Position numbers and translations under genes: made by a program. A stretch of 64,000 bases of DNA, taken from NCBI GenBank assembly GCA_030592085.1, contig JAUUZV010000001.1, positions 807-64,806 of the forward strand. Direction: 5' to 3'. Shown here piece after piece: positions 49,484 to 60,063 of this stretch; position 1 is the first letter of the stretch, and each line of letters opens with the position of its first letter. The notes below the pieces were generated by a model. It ran no database searches. It was given only the letters and a program-made list of their open reading frames with translations, and was not told where the DNA came from. The stretch is from Clostridia bacterium (lineage in GTDB: Bacteria > Bacillota > Clostridia > DUPQ01).

Positions 49484-50137
49484 TCATATTCTTCTTGCTG
49501 CTATTTTTCCTTTTTCTTTTCTATATCTTCTTAATAAAGTTGAGGTAGTAACACCAATTGTTTTAGCTATTTCAGACCACGAATATACAAATTTACCTGT
49601 GTCTTTATCTGTTACAGCTAAAAAATTTTCGACTTGTTTCCAATTAATTTTTGCTTTTGGTCTTCCAAACTTTTCAGGATTGTTCTTATATGCGATATCT
49701 CTACCAATTCTAGTATTATCTATTATAGTTTCTCTTTGCCATTCAGCAACACTAGCCATAATACCCATAACCATTCTTCCAAATGTGTTTGCAGTATCTA
49801 AACTTTGTTCTACAAATTTAAGATGTATATTTATTTTTTGTAATTCTTTTTGAGTATTAATCATTTGTTGTAAATTTCTACCGAATCTATCAACTCTTAG
49901 ACAATATATTTTATCAAATTTTTTTTCTTTAGCATCTATAATCATTTTTAAAAAATCTTTCATATATTCTTGTGACTTACCACTAATATATTGATCTACA
50001 TAACTTTTATAGAATTCATTATCATCAACACTAATCTGCTTATTACATTTATCTAATTGGTTTTGAATACTTTTTGCGATGTATTCACCTTGTTCCTTTC
50101 TAGTTGGACTAACTCGTGCGTATATTGCCGCTTTCAT
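49484..50137 (-). CDS. Small serine recombinase (resolvase/invertase)
   Basis: YARVS, ISG, DRFGR, GRP, C-terminal HTH. Confidence 0.92.
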   Translation of the reverse strand: MKAAIYARVSPTRKEQGEYIAKSIQNQLDKCNKQISVDDNEFYKSYVDQYISGKSQEYMKDFLKMIIDAKEKKFDKIYCLRVDRFGRNLQQMINTQKELQKINIHLKFVEQSLDTANTFGRMVMGIMASVAEWQRETIIDNTRIGRDIAYKNNPEKFGRPKAKINWKQVENFLAVTDKDTGKFVYSWSEIAKTIGVTTSTLLRRYRKEKGKIAARRI

Positions 50138-50467
50138 TTTTACCCGTTATTTTTATTTTAAATTAAATATACATTTTATAATATGTATTATTAATACACT
50201 ATTTTGTTTATAACACCTAATTATCTATACTTAGTTTTAAATAATAAAGACATTTAAATACTTTTACCAATTTGAATTAGTATAATCAAGTATATAATCA
50301 ACCAGAATTCACAAATAACTATTAAAACATGGTAAATCAACGTAATATTTATTAGATATTGCCGCTGTTTTAAGTGAAAAAAACGGTTTATCGAGCGATT
50401 TTGCCCCTATGAAACTTTAGAAAAAGCAATAATTATATTAAATTCATAGTGAAAATAAAGATGTCAA

Positions 50468-51168
50468 TTATCTATATATGTGAATAACACCTATACCTTG
50501 ACATTCCATATTCCAACCATGTTTAGTTAACATTTCAGTAAACTTTTTACGGTATCTGTATTGATCTACAGGTTCATATTCAAAGCCAAATTCTTCTGAA
50601 GCCTCTTTCATTAAGTAAGGTTCTTCGTTTAAAGACGGATCATATATTAATGTTAAAAGTGTTCCATCAGTACGTAAATGTATTGAATTATTATTTGTTT
50701 TTTTAAGAACATATAACATTTGTTCTTGATATTTCCTTTCTAATTTACCAATAAAAGATTTAATTTTAACTAATATTTCGCTTGGTACTGTTTGTTTCAT
50801 TTTTTACCTCATTAAACTATTGGTCTTCCATCATCATAGTATGATATCAAATCATCATCACTATGTTCTTCTTTATCACTAGCAATTTTTGGTTTTTCAT
50901 AATCTTTTAATCCATTTGTTAATTTTTTTACATCTCTTATATATGCATAATACCCATATCCACCTTGTGAGAAAGGATTTCTCGCTGAATCAACTTTTAA
51001 TAGCAAACCTAATTTTTTATCTTCTATTATCATAGTTTCTCCTTCTCCATAATAAGGAGCAGGTCTACCTTCTTTGATAATAAATCTTCTACCTACTTTA
51101 GTACCTCGTTTAAAAAAAGCAGCTAAACTAGTTTCAAGTTTTTGTTGTATTTGATAATCTAGTTCCAT
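50468..51168 (-). CDS. Two hypothetical proteins (50468-50800, 50812-51168)
   Basis: GAGGT/AGGTGA RBS. Confidence 0.65.
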
Positions 51169-51346
51169 TTCTTTTCACCTTTTTAATATTTATTTATTGT
51201 TTAACATTACCAGTTAAATTTAATTTTCTGAAAACGTTAGATATTTCATCTACTAATATATTCTGTAGCATTTGTGTATCTGCATTTTTAAATTTAGAGT
51301 TATGCATAGCTTTTACATTTGTTATTTTTATTACCATTTTTTCACC

Positions 51347-51802
51347 TCATATTAATTTTAACCATATAATTTTCATTTTTAATTTAAGTGGAACAGATGC
51401 TTTACCTTTAACATCATCATACCAAAGATCACCTTTTTCTTTATAAATTTCAAATAATTCTGATACAATTTTCTCTTTCACATACACATTATAACATCCT
51501 GTAGGCCTATTAATTTTAACTATCTTAGCATCTTGTATTGAAATATATATATTTCTTTCATCAGTATTAATGCAAAAATTTTCACCCTCAAAATATTTTA
51601 GATTAATTTTTTTCTCAACAATTGGAATAATATCATCCACATTAATTCGTTCAAATTTCTCATTTGTTTTTATTATTGATGTGACTGTAGTTGTAGGCTC
51701 AAATATAACAACTTCTCGACCAAAAAAATTAAATCTAAATGCAGATACATTTATACTTAATATTACGAGTAATAACATTAATATTATTAATTTCTTTTTC
51801 AT
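51347..51802 (-). CDS. Secreted hypothetical protein
   Basis: Signal peptide ending VSA. Confidence 0.65.
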   Translation of the reverse strand: MKKKLIILMLLLVILSINVSAFRFNFFGREVVIFEPTTTVTSIIKTNEKFERINVDDIIPIVEKKINLKYFEGENFCINTDERNIYISIQDAKIVKINRPTGCYNVYVKEKIVSELFEIYKEKGDLWYDDVKGKASVPLKLKMKIIWLKLI

Positions 51803-52230
51803 TTATTTGCCTCATACATCTCAACTAAATAGTCGCCACAATTCTTCGTTAGAGTCGTTGTATCAAAATTACAAAGTTTTTCATCAGTCATTTTTTATCA
51901 CCTAAATGAAATCCATATTTTCTACCTGATAATGTTTCTTCTCCATAATCTATTGCTGAAACGTAATTATATTTTTTCTTATAATTATTAATTATTTTAT
52001 TAATATTTCTTAGTTTTATATATCTTATTATTATTTTGTCAGTCATTTTTATCACATACGCCAGCATTAGTTAATATAAACCTTAAATAATGAACACAAT
52101 ATTTGTTTGCATCATGATAACATAATTTTCTTGATTGCTCTCTTAATTGCTCTGTTGTTGCAACTAACGCTTCGCTCGAAGTTGCTTGGTAATCCTTACA
52201 TAAGTTATCAATGCTCATTAGTATATAAAT

Positions 52231-55200
52231 CTAACTATTTTTAGGTAGTCTAGATATAACGACAGCAACCAGTATTATTAAAAAACTTGATAATATAATT
52301 AATACTGATGGTTGACTGAAAAAATCACCTGGATTTTCTCTTATTAAATCTAATTGTGCTTTGCCTTTATCTAATATATCTTTTATTGTTACATCAATTA
52401 TTGGAATATCAATAATACTAAGTGGTATTACATTATTCTTACTTACAACTTCATATTCAACTAATAAAGATTCATTTCTATAATTAAATGATGTCTTATA
52501 TAAATATATTTCAATTACTTCTTCATAATTGCCTATTACAGACTCATCAATTAAAAATTCTACTTTTTTCGTGTCTTGTGGTAATATAACAAATCTTTTA
52601 GAGTCATGATTTAATTTAGTTACCATTTCAATTGTTAATGGTATACTAATCTCTTTATTTATTATATCAAATGTAGCATAAGCAGTATCACCCTCTTTAT
52701 ATTTAATATCTAACTTACCAGGAGTAATTTCATAATAAATTTCTTGTCCTGTTCCACCTGATCCACTTCCACCACTTCCACTACCAGTATCTAAACTAGT
52801 TGTATCAATAATAAATGCTTCTGTTGATGAAGTCCCAACATTATTCAAAGTATCATTACAAACAACATACCAAGTATGAATTCCAGAAGCTATTGTATCC
52901 TTACTAAATGAATGATCAATACTTTGATTAACGTTTATTTCTGTATTTATTAATGTGCTATCCATATACAATAAACAATCCGTAACATTCAAATCATCAC
53001 TTACATTATATGTGAATGATGTTGCATGGCTAGGAATTAATAATGAATTAATAGGTGAAATCATTGTTATTAATGGTGTAGAAGTATCTATATAAATTGT
53101 TATAATATCACTAGAACAAAGAGGTACTGTTGTACTATCTTCACAGCTTTCAATTATAACATCATATGATCCATCTAAATACACTGATGTATTTATTTGA
53201 TATGATGTTGTGGTTGAATTTATTGTAGACGAAACAACACTACCATTTATAGTAACATTTGTTATATATGCATCTTGATTAGCTGCACTATTATTCCAAG
53301 TTACATTAAAATCTCCACCATGATTACTATCATTATCAGGTGTTAATATTAAAACAGTTGGTGGAAAATTTACTTCATATGTTGATGAACTACATTCAGT
53401 ATTTAATCCTCCTGTTATTGGGTCAATAATAAAAGTTGAAGACAAACCATCATAAAAAATTGCGTTGGGGGCAACTATATCAACGATGGCAACATCTTCA
53501 ACTTCACTATATTCAACATTCCAGCCTGATAAAATAGCATCATCAAATTGATAAACTATATTTCTATTATTATCAATTATTCTATCTCTATTTCTATCAT
53601 CAAGATATTCCATATATTCACAATTATCAACACATTCGTAAGTTAATCTCAACTTATATAAATTTTGATTTACATCAACTTTATTAATTGTGAAATCTGT
53701 TTTAATATGTCTACCATTATCCACCCATTCATCAGTAACAACAATACCATAATTTGAAATTACTAATGGTGTATTTGACTCATCAAGATATTCTAAAGTT
53801 CTCTTAATTACTACTCCAGACATATTATAAGTTGTTTCATGAGTAATTTCATTACTAACATAAGTAATTGTTGGATCTATAAATACAGGATACACTGTTG
53901 AAACATCAGTTAAAAAACTATATGACGTTTCAATCACAATAAATAAACTAGCACCTGTTTTCTTAAATAAATAATTTAATTCCACAGAATTACCAGCACT
54001 ATCATATGCCATTGGTTTAGCTAAAACATAAAGAACATTTCCACTATCATCTTTAATTGATGCACTATTACTAGTACGTAATTCACTAGATTTATCCCAA
54101 TCTTCACCATCAATAACAACATGATTTGAGTCTGTTTCAATAAGGAAATCTAAATCTAAATGAACATTTCCACCTGCTAAAATATATGATGCTGGAACTA
54201 ATAAATCATTAAAATCTCCAATAATTAATCTTTCTTTAACAGAAGCTCCTGAAGATTCATATGTCAAGTTAAAACCAACTCCATAAGCATTAGGATAAAT
54301 AAAAGTTACTCCGTCAGCATCAGGAATTCCAGTTACAGATTGTATCATACTAACTTGTTCAATTTGTGATAAATCATTACGATAATTCAGGGCCATAGGT
54401 TGAAAAGTTGTTTCAAACCCACCCTTATTTGATGAAATCACTTGGCCAAATGTTGGATTATCCTTAAAATATGTGATATAATCTGATCCATTTATCATAT
54501 AATTATAGTCAATATAAACTACAGGTTCCAAAAGCGATGTTAAAGCTCCTGGTGTTGTATAAGCAAAGTTCAAAAGCCCTTGAATTATCGGTGAATCAGT
54601 CAATGAATCTCTTGCACACACTTCAATTGTATTTATTTGCTCACCACAACTAGTTGTGTCAATATTATCAGTTATATTAATAAATGTTCCAGCCGTCCAA
54701 GTGGTTGTATTTGTATATACATAAGTTCCTGATTCACACATTAAAGATACGTTTGTTACATCAACATATGGATCTTCAATTGTGGCATTCAAAATTAAAT
54801 TATAATATTGTGTAATTGTATTATTTGATGTTGATGGATAATATATATTAATAAATGGAGGTTCTGTATCAAATACATAACTTCTAGTTGACGAAAGAGT
54901 TATATCTTCACTATCTGTACAATTAATATACCAAGAATATGTTCCATCTATTTCTAATGTGCCATATAAAACTGTTGTAATGCTAGAATCTACTGATGAG
55001 TTTGTAGAATTTATTATACTATCTACATATAAACTACAACTTACAGTATCTGCATCATTTTCAAGAACAGAAAATGTTGCAGATATATTAACTTTATCAT
55101 GCTTTCCATCTACTGGAGATATTAATGTAATACTAGGCTCAGTATTTTGAACTGTAAAACTTTCTCCTTCAAATACAGACGAGTTAAATGTTGTTGTTGT

Positions 55201-56175
55201 GGCTTTTGCATAACAAGTTATTGTATCACTTTTATCGCAACCTGAAATTGTACAATCAATTGTATCATTATCAGACCAATCTTGTAAAGTTCCAGCTGAC
55301 TCATTCCATTTATAATGATATGTTATAGACTCACTATCAGTTGAACCAGACGCATTACAAGTTATTATATCATTAGTTTTTGGAGTTGAATTACTTACCG
55401 TTGCTGATGTTGGTATTGTTGGTGGGGTATCACTAGTAAATGGATAAAAACCATCACTTGTATTACTCGCTAAAATCGTTATCATTTCTTGAGTTATATC
55501 GTCAGTTACCCATATATAACATTCGTCTAAATTACCTGTCCATCCTCCACCTATATCGTTAGCATAACCATTAAAAAAAGTCAATTCATCTGTAGATGAA
55601 CCTGCCCATGAAGTAACACTATTACTATTTACTAAAACACCATCTTCATAAGCATATGTTCCTGTACTATTAACTTTCATTAATATATGATACCAAAACC
55701 CTGTAATTATAGAGTTTCCTGCTAAATGTGCACCATTATAATAAGAAATACAATCTAAACCTCCACAATGTCCTGCATTATTTGTTAACCAATGTAAACC
55801 ACTGCTAGTTGTTGCTGGTGCGGAATTAAAATCAAAAAGTCTTCCTGAAGTAGTACCAGATTGTTGATTAAACCAACACGAAACAGTACCAGTTTTCCCA
55901 GCTAAAATATGACTATTCGTACTCATACAATATCTATTATCTGATGCGTCAGGATTTCTTAATGCAGTATCTGCTATACCCTCAACACCAGAAGTATTAC
56001 TTAATCCTGCAGTATCAAAAGTAGAAACATTTCCAATTAAATCTGTACAATCATAACTCATATTTATAACTGCAGCAGGTACAGGTATTACTAAAGCACT
56101 AACTATTAAACTTGATATTAAAAACAAAGCAAAACATAATAGTATTATTATAATTTTTCTTATTTTATTTTTCAT
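52231..56175 (-). CDS. Large adhesin-like surface protein (LamG-like plus Ig-like domains, C-terminal TM)
   Basis: Start MKNKIR; TVSCWF, WYHI, YEDG, GNLDE (LamG-like); repeated P.I..ISP Ig-like units; Gly/Ser linker; TM. Confidence 0.8.
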   Translation of the reverse strand: MKNKIRKIIIILLCFALFLISSLIVSALVIPVPAAVINMSYDCTDLIGNVSTFDTAGLSNTSGVEGIADTALRNPDASDNRYCMSTNSHILAGKTGTVSCWFNQQSGTTSGRLFDFNSAPATTSSGLHWLTNNAGHCGGLDCISYYNGAHLAGNSIITGFWYHILMKVNSTGTYAYEDGVLVNSNSVTSWAGSSTDELTFFNGYANDIGGGWTGNLDECYIWVTDDITQEMITILASNTSDGFYPFTSDTPPTIPTSATVSNSTPKTNDIITCNASGSTDSESITYHYKWNESAGTLQDWSDNDTIDCTISGCDKSDTITCYAKATTTTFNSSVFEGESFTVQNTEPSITLISPVDGKHDKVNISATFSVLENDADTVSCSLYVDSIINSTNSSVDSSITTVLYGTLEIDGTYSWYINCTDSEDITLSSTRSYVFDTEPPFINIYYPSTSNNTITQYYNLILNATIEDPYVDVTNVSLMCESGTYVYTNTTTWTAGTFINITDNIDTTSCGEQINTIEVCARDSLTDSPIIQGLLNFAYTTPGALTSLLEPVVYIDYNYMINGSDYITYFKDNPTFGQVISSNKGGFETTFQPMALNYRNDLSQIEQVSMIQSVTGIPDADGVTFIYPNAYGVGFNLTYESSGASVKERLIIGDFNDLLVPASYILAGGNVHLDLDFLIETDSNHVVIDGEDWDKSSELRTSNSASIKDDSGNVLYVLAKPMAYDSAGNSVELNYLFKKTGASLFIVIETSYSFLTDVSTVYPVFIDPTITYVSNEITHETTYNMSGVVIKRTLEYLDESNTPLVISNYGIVVTDEWVDNGRHIKTDFTINKVDVNQNLYKLRLTYECVDNCEYMEYLDDRNRDRIIDNNRNIVYQFDDAILSGWNVEYSEVEDVAIVDIVAPNAIFYDGLSSTFIIDPITGGLNTECSSSTYEVNFPPTVLILTPDNDSNHGGDFNVTWNNSAANQDAYITNVTINGSVVSSTINSTTTSYQINTSVYLDGSYDVIIESCEDSTTVPLCSSDIITIYIDTSTPLITMISPINSLLIPSHATSFTYNVSDDLNVTDCLLYMDSTLINTEINVNQSIDHSFSKDTIASGIHTWYVVCNDTLNNVGTSSTEAFIIDTTSLDTGSGSGGSGSGGTGQEIYYEITPGKLDIKYKEGDTAYATFDIINKEISIPLTIEMVTKLNHDSKRFVILPQDTKKVEFLIDESVIGNYEEVIEIYLYKTSFNYRNESLLVEYEVVSKNNVIPLSIIDIPIIDVTIKDILDKGKAQLDLIRENPGDFFSQPSVLIILSSFLIILVAVVISRLPKNS

Positions 56176-57077
56176 TAGTAAATCACCTTCATTATATAGT
56201 AAAGCATTATGCTTAATATTATTGTAATAAAAAAAGTTATTAATAAATTCATCCACCAATTAACCCTTTTAGATAATATTAATAACGAAAATGTAAATAT
56301 AAAAATTAATATAGATATAACATATAATCTTAAATTTATATTATATCCTTGAATAACCGTTTGTACTATTTTATAATTAAAAGCATCGTTTAAAAAACTA
56401 TTGCTTTCATCAAATTTTTCTGCTGGTCCATCAATAAAATACTCACCAGACTCTGCAACTGAAACTGTTTGTGGTACTATCATAAAACTTAATAAAATAT
56501 TAGCTAATAATATTATAAAAATACTAATTATAATTTTAATACCAATATCCATATCTACATACTTTATCAATAAAATAGTTCCAAAAATAATAATTATTGT
56601 AAATACATAAAATGAAATATCAAAAAAAAATATTTTTACTTTTGAAGTTAATGTTTTAACAATACTTAAAAACATATTTTTAGTAACACTAGATTGTTTT
56701 AATGCGTAAGTATAACTAATTGGTATTACAATATTAAAGCATGTATCAGAAATAATTATTAATTCTTCTTCAATATTATCAGTTCCATCATATAATCTTA
56801 CTATACTTAATTCTTGTTCTGAATTACTAACTATAGAACTTTTTTCACCTTTAATCTCAAATAAATCATTATTTACTATATATTTAGGTATAATAGTAAT
56901 GTTTTCATTATTTTTAACATTAAGTCTTAATACCAAATTATCTTGATAAAAATCAAGTTTTTCTGGATTAATTTTAAAGTCACAATCTTTTTTTGTAGAT
57001 GATACTGTATAATTTACAGCACTAACAGTAATCATTAGACTTAATAATATAAAAATCCATAATAATTGTTTCTTCAT
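56175..57077 (-). CDS. Membrane protein paralogous to the C-terminus of 57074-59584
   Basis: KKDCDFKINPEKLDFYQ vs KKDCNFEVKPKELEFFQ, with shared TM pair and IVPQ. Confidence 0.75.
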   Translation of the reverse strand: MKKQLLWIFILLSLMITVSAVNYTVSSTKKDCDFKINPEKLDFYQDNLVLRLNVKNNENITIIPKYIVNNDLFEIKGEKSSIVSNSEQELSIVRLYDGTDNIEEELIIISDTCFNIVIPISYTYALKQSSVTKNMFLSIVKTLTSKVKIFFFDISFYVFTIIIIFGTILLIKYVDMDIGIKIIISIFIILLANILLSFMIVPQTVSVAESGEYFIDGPAEKFDESNSFLNDAFNYKIVQTVIQGYNINLRLYVISILIFIFTFSLLILSKRVNWWMNLLITFFITIILSIMLYYIMKVIY

Positions 57078-59584
57078 CGTTTCCTCATTATAACAACAAA
57101 AACTGTAAAAAGTATCACAATAAATGCTATTATTAATCCTACTAAAAACGTATTATCTGTAAGTATGTTTTCTTGATTAACAACAGGCTCACTAACCGTA
57201 CTATTTATATCCGTAATTGCAAATGCTGATTGTGGAACTATTACAAAACTTAATAAAACGTTAACAAATAAAATAATAAAAATACCACTTATTACTTTAA
57301 CCATGATAGATGCATTAGCAAATCTCAATAATAATACAGCACCACCAATAATTAAAATTGTAAAAATATAAAATGGAATATTCAATGATAATATAGGTAT
57401 TTTAGCTGTCAAAGCTTTAATAGTATTACTACCAAAATTACCCATTATTTCTAAAAAATTAAACTGTTTTACTACTGGATTATAAGTTATTGGAATTGTT
57501 ATACTTTGACAAACATCAAAGGTTATTATTAATTGGCTTTCAATACTTTCAAGCCCTCTATAATTTCTAAGAACGCTTATTTCTTGCTCTGAATTGCCAG
57601 CAATAATAGCAGTTGCTCCGCGCACTTCAAAATTATCATTGCTTATTGTGTAAGATGGTATTACTGAAGTATCTTCACCATTTTTAAGATCAACTTTTAA
57701 TACTAATGTATTCTGAAAAAATTCTAATTCTTTAGGTTTAACTTCAAAATTACAATCTTTTTTTTGTACTGTTGGTGTGCCACTACCACCACTACTAGGA
57801 GCTGATGGTGTTGGATCTGCTGAAATTATAATATTTATATCAACTGCTGATGTGTTTGTATTACCTGAATCATCTGAACAATAAGCATACTCCCAAACTA
57901 AAACCCCTGTACCATAACTACTCATAGATAATGTTCTACTAACAGTATCATTTACTTTTGTGTCTGTGTTAGTAACATTAAATCGTGGAATACCTAAATC
58001 AGATTTATAAAATTGAAATATACAAGCATTTGCTGACACTGTTGATATTGAATCTATAACCGTTGCATAAAATGTAATAGTATCACTTATATAAACGCTA
58101 GTTGATGATGTAGTAAAATTAGTAGCGTTTGGTGGTGTAACATCTCCAATAGTAACCGTATCATTTACCCAATCACTCCAATTAAAACCATCAAATACTC
58201 TTGCTGAAGCTATCCAAATCTCATTAGCTGTTGTATTTCCAAAACCAATTGTTGTAAGATTTTCATAATCAATAGTAATATTATCATCTATATACCATAT
58301 TATTTGACTTTCTTGCCAAGTGTCATCATCTGCATCAAAAAAAGTAAGTGAAACATTCAAATCTTCATTTTCATTTAATGGTTTACCAATAATATCTATT
58401 TTTACTATAGGTATAGTCTTAGTAATTATTATAATTATTTCATCTGTCTGATTATTATTATTATAACTATCATTAGCAAAAATTTGATAAGCACACTCTG
58501 TAATATCAGAAGTATTTATTAAATCTTTTGTAATATTCATGCTATAAAATATACCAGAAACATCTATAGATGTATTTATCCAAACACCACCAGTACAATT
58601 CCAAGAAAATATTATATTAGATAAATCAGTATTTTCTGTAACATTTATTTGATATAAAATTGTATCATTTATTTTAGGAACTGTATTATTTATTGATATA
58701 GAAAATGTTGGAAATTGTTGCAAATTATATTCAATATAAACACTATCAATATCAATATCACCAACCTCTCCAGTAATATTTATTTCATATGAACAATTAT
58801 CAGTAGGACAGACATCATAAAAATTTATTAATCTAGTTGTTAAATTTATAGTATTTGTAGTATACCAATTTGAAGTATTTGAATAAAGTATTTCATCGTC
58901 TCCAACAATTACAACATTATCTGGAAGCCAATCATCCCTATAAGTTTTAAATTGATTAAAATAATCAATATATATGCCACGATTAGATTCTGGAAAAGTA
59001 AAATCAACTTGACTCATAGTAAAAGTCGAAGATGTTTTTATATTATTCCAATTTGAATTAAAACTAGCTTCTGTATATTCTGTATTTGATGTCATGCTTT
59101 CCATTGTTATTAGTGAAGTACTTCTTATAGAACCAGCAGCAGACCCATCACCAGTTATAACTTTTAATATAACATCAGAATCTGTCGCATTAAAACATCT
59201 ATCAGCAGAACATCCATATACACAATCTGCCATGGTTATTGTTACAGTATTGCCACCATTCCAAGAATCATCCTCGTCATATACATAATTGTTATCATCT
59301 GCTGTTGTAGATGCACAATTACCACTATCACCAGTAACAGATGCACAACTTTTTGTACACCCAGTCCTACCAGATACATTATTATAATAGTCACCACCTA
59401 CAACTATATTAGCTGTAATTATTTCAACATTTGCTGGAAGATTTATCCATGTATAATTATATACACCAACTCCAGTATATCTATAATTTTTAGAACTTGA
59501 ACTATCATTAAATGTTGTTAATGTTAGCGCTGTCACCTGTGAACATATAAAAATTAATAATATAAATAATACTAATTTATTCAT
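57074..59584 (-). CDS. Large Ig-like surface glycoprotein with three C-terminal TM helices
   Basis: Signal peptide, many sequons, FDGFNWSDW Ig-like unit. Confidence 0.8.
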   Translation of the reverse strand: MNKLVLFILLIFICSQVTALTLTTFNDSSSSKNYRYTGVGVYNYTWINLPANVEIITANIVVGGDYYNNVSGRTGCTKSCASVTGDSGNCASTTADDNNYVYDEDDSWNGGNTVTITMADCVYGCSADRCFNATDSDVILKVITGDGSAAGSIRSTSLITMESMTSNTEYTEASFNSNWNNIKTSSTFTMSQVDFTFPESNRGIYIDYFNQFKTYRDDWLPDNVVIVGDDEILYSNTSNWYTTNTINLTTRLINFYDVCPTDNCSYEINITGEVGDIDIDSVYIEYNLQQFPTFSISINNTVPKINDTILYQINVTENTDLSNIIFSWNCTGGVWINTSIDVSGIFYSMNITKDLINTSDITECAYQIFANDSYNNNNQTDEIIIIITKTIPIVKIDIIGKPLNENEDLNVSLTFFDADDDTWQESQIIWYIDDNITIDYENLTTIGFGNTTANEIWIASARVFDGFNWSDWVNDTVTIGDVTPPNATNFTTSSTSVYISDTITFYATVIDSISTVSANACIFQFYKSDLGIPRFNVTNTDTKVNDTVSRTLSMSSYGTGVLVWEYAYCSDDSGNTNTSAVDINIIISADPTPSAPSSGGSGTPTVQKKDCNFEVKPKELEFFQNTLVLKVDLKNGEDTSVIPSYTISNDNFEVRGATAIIAGNSEQEISVLRNYRGLESIESQLIITFDVCQSITIPITYNPVVKQFNFLEIMGNFGSNTIKALTAKIPILSLNIPFYIFTILIIGGAVLLLRFANASIMVKVISGIFIILFVNVLLSFVIVPQSAFAITDINSTVSEPVVNQENILTDNTFLVGLIIAFIVILFTVFVVIMRKR

Positions 59585-60063
59585 TTATAATCACCATAAT
59601 AACTATAAACGTCTACCAATATCTCATCCAGTACTTTATAAAAACTTTCTTCATGATTATAAGACTCAATATAACTATAACCTTGAACTTCTTGTTGATA
59701 ATGTGTCACTTCATGTACCAATGTATTAAAACCACATCCATTTTCTGAAACAAGTATTTTTGATCCCCACATATAATAACCAACCCTATTATCACCAGAC
59801 CATGAAACTGAACAATCTTTACAATTAAGCCATTGAACAGAATCTAAAATATTTTTCTCTTCCATTATTTTTATAGTATTTAGCCCTTTTAAATATTTAA
59901 AAGGAATATCATATATATTACCTAGACAATCAGCTTTATCTATTTTATCACTATAAAATTTTATTTTTATTCCATTATAATCTATTGGTTTTATCCAAGC
60001 TGATACAGTTGTCACTAATAATAATATTATAATACATACACTCCATAATTTATTCATTTTCAT
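59581..60063 (-). CDS. Secreted zincin-like metalloprotease
   Basis: Signal peptide, LVHEVTH, downstream H...F (HEESF). Confidence 0.7.
   Translation of the reverse strand: MKMNKLWSVCIIILLLVTTVSAWIKPIDYNGIKIKFYSDKIDKADCLGNIYDIPFKYLKGLNTIKIMEEKNILDSVQWLNCKDCSVSWSGDNRVGYYMWGSKILVSENGCGFNTLVHEVTHYQQEVQGYSYIESYNHEESFYKVLDEILVDVYSYYGDYK

Noticed and set aside
49484..50137. Serine integrase marking a provirus boundary
   Set aside because: At 217 aa it lacks the large recombinase/Zn domains, and no att sites or host genes flank it
465..59288. Antisense shadow ORFs in the track (e.g. 465-728, 7127-7396, 7411-7767, 23111-23434, 29306-29812, 49599-49853, 59094-59288)
   Set aside because: They lie opposite longer motif-bearing genes and break the operon strand pattern
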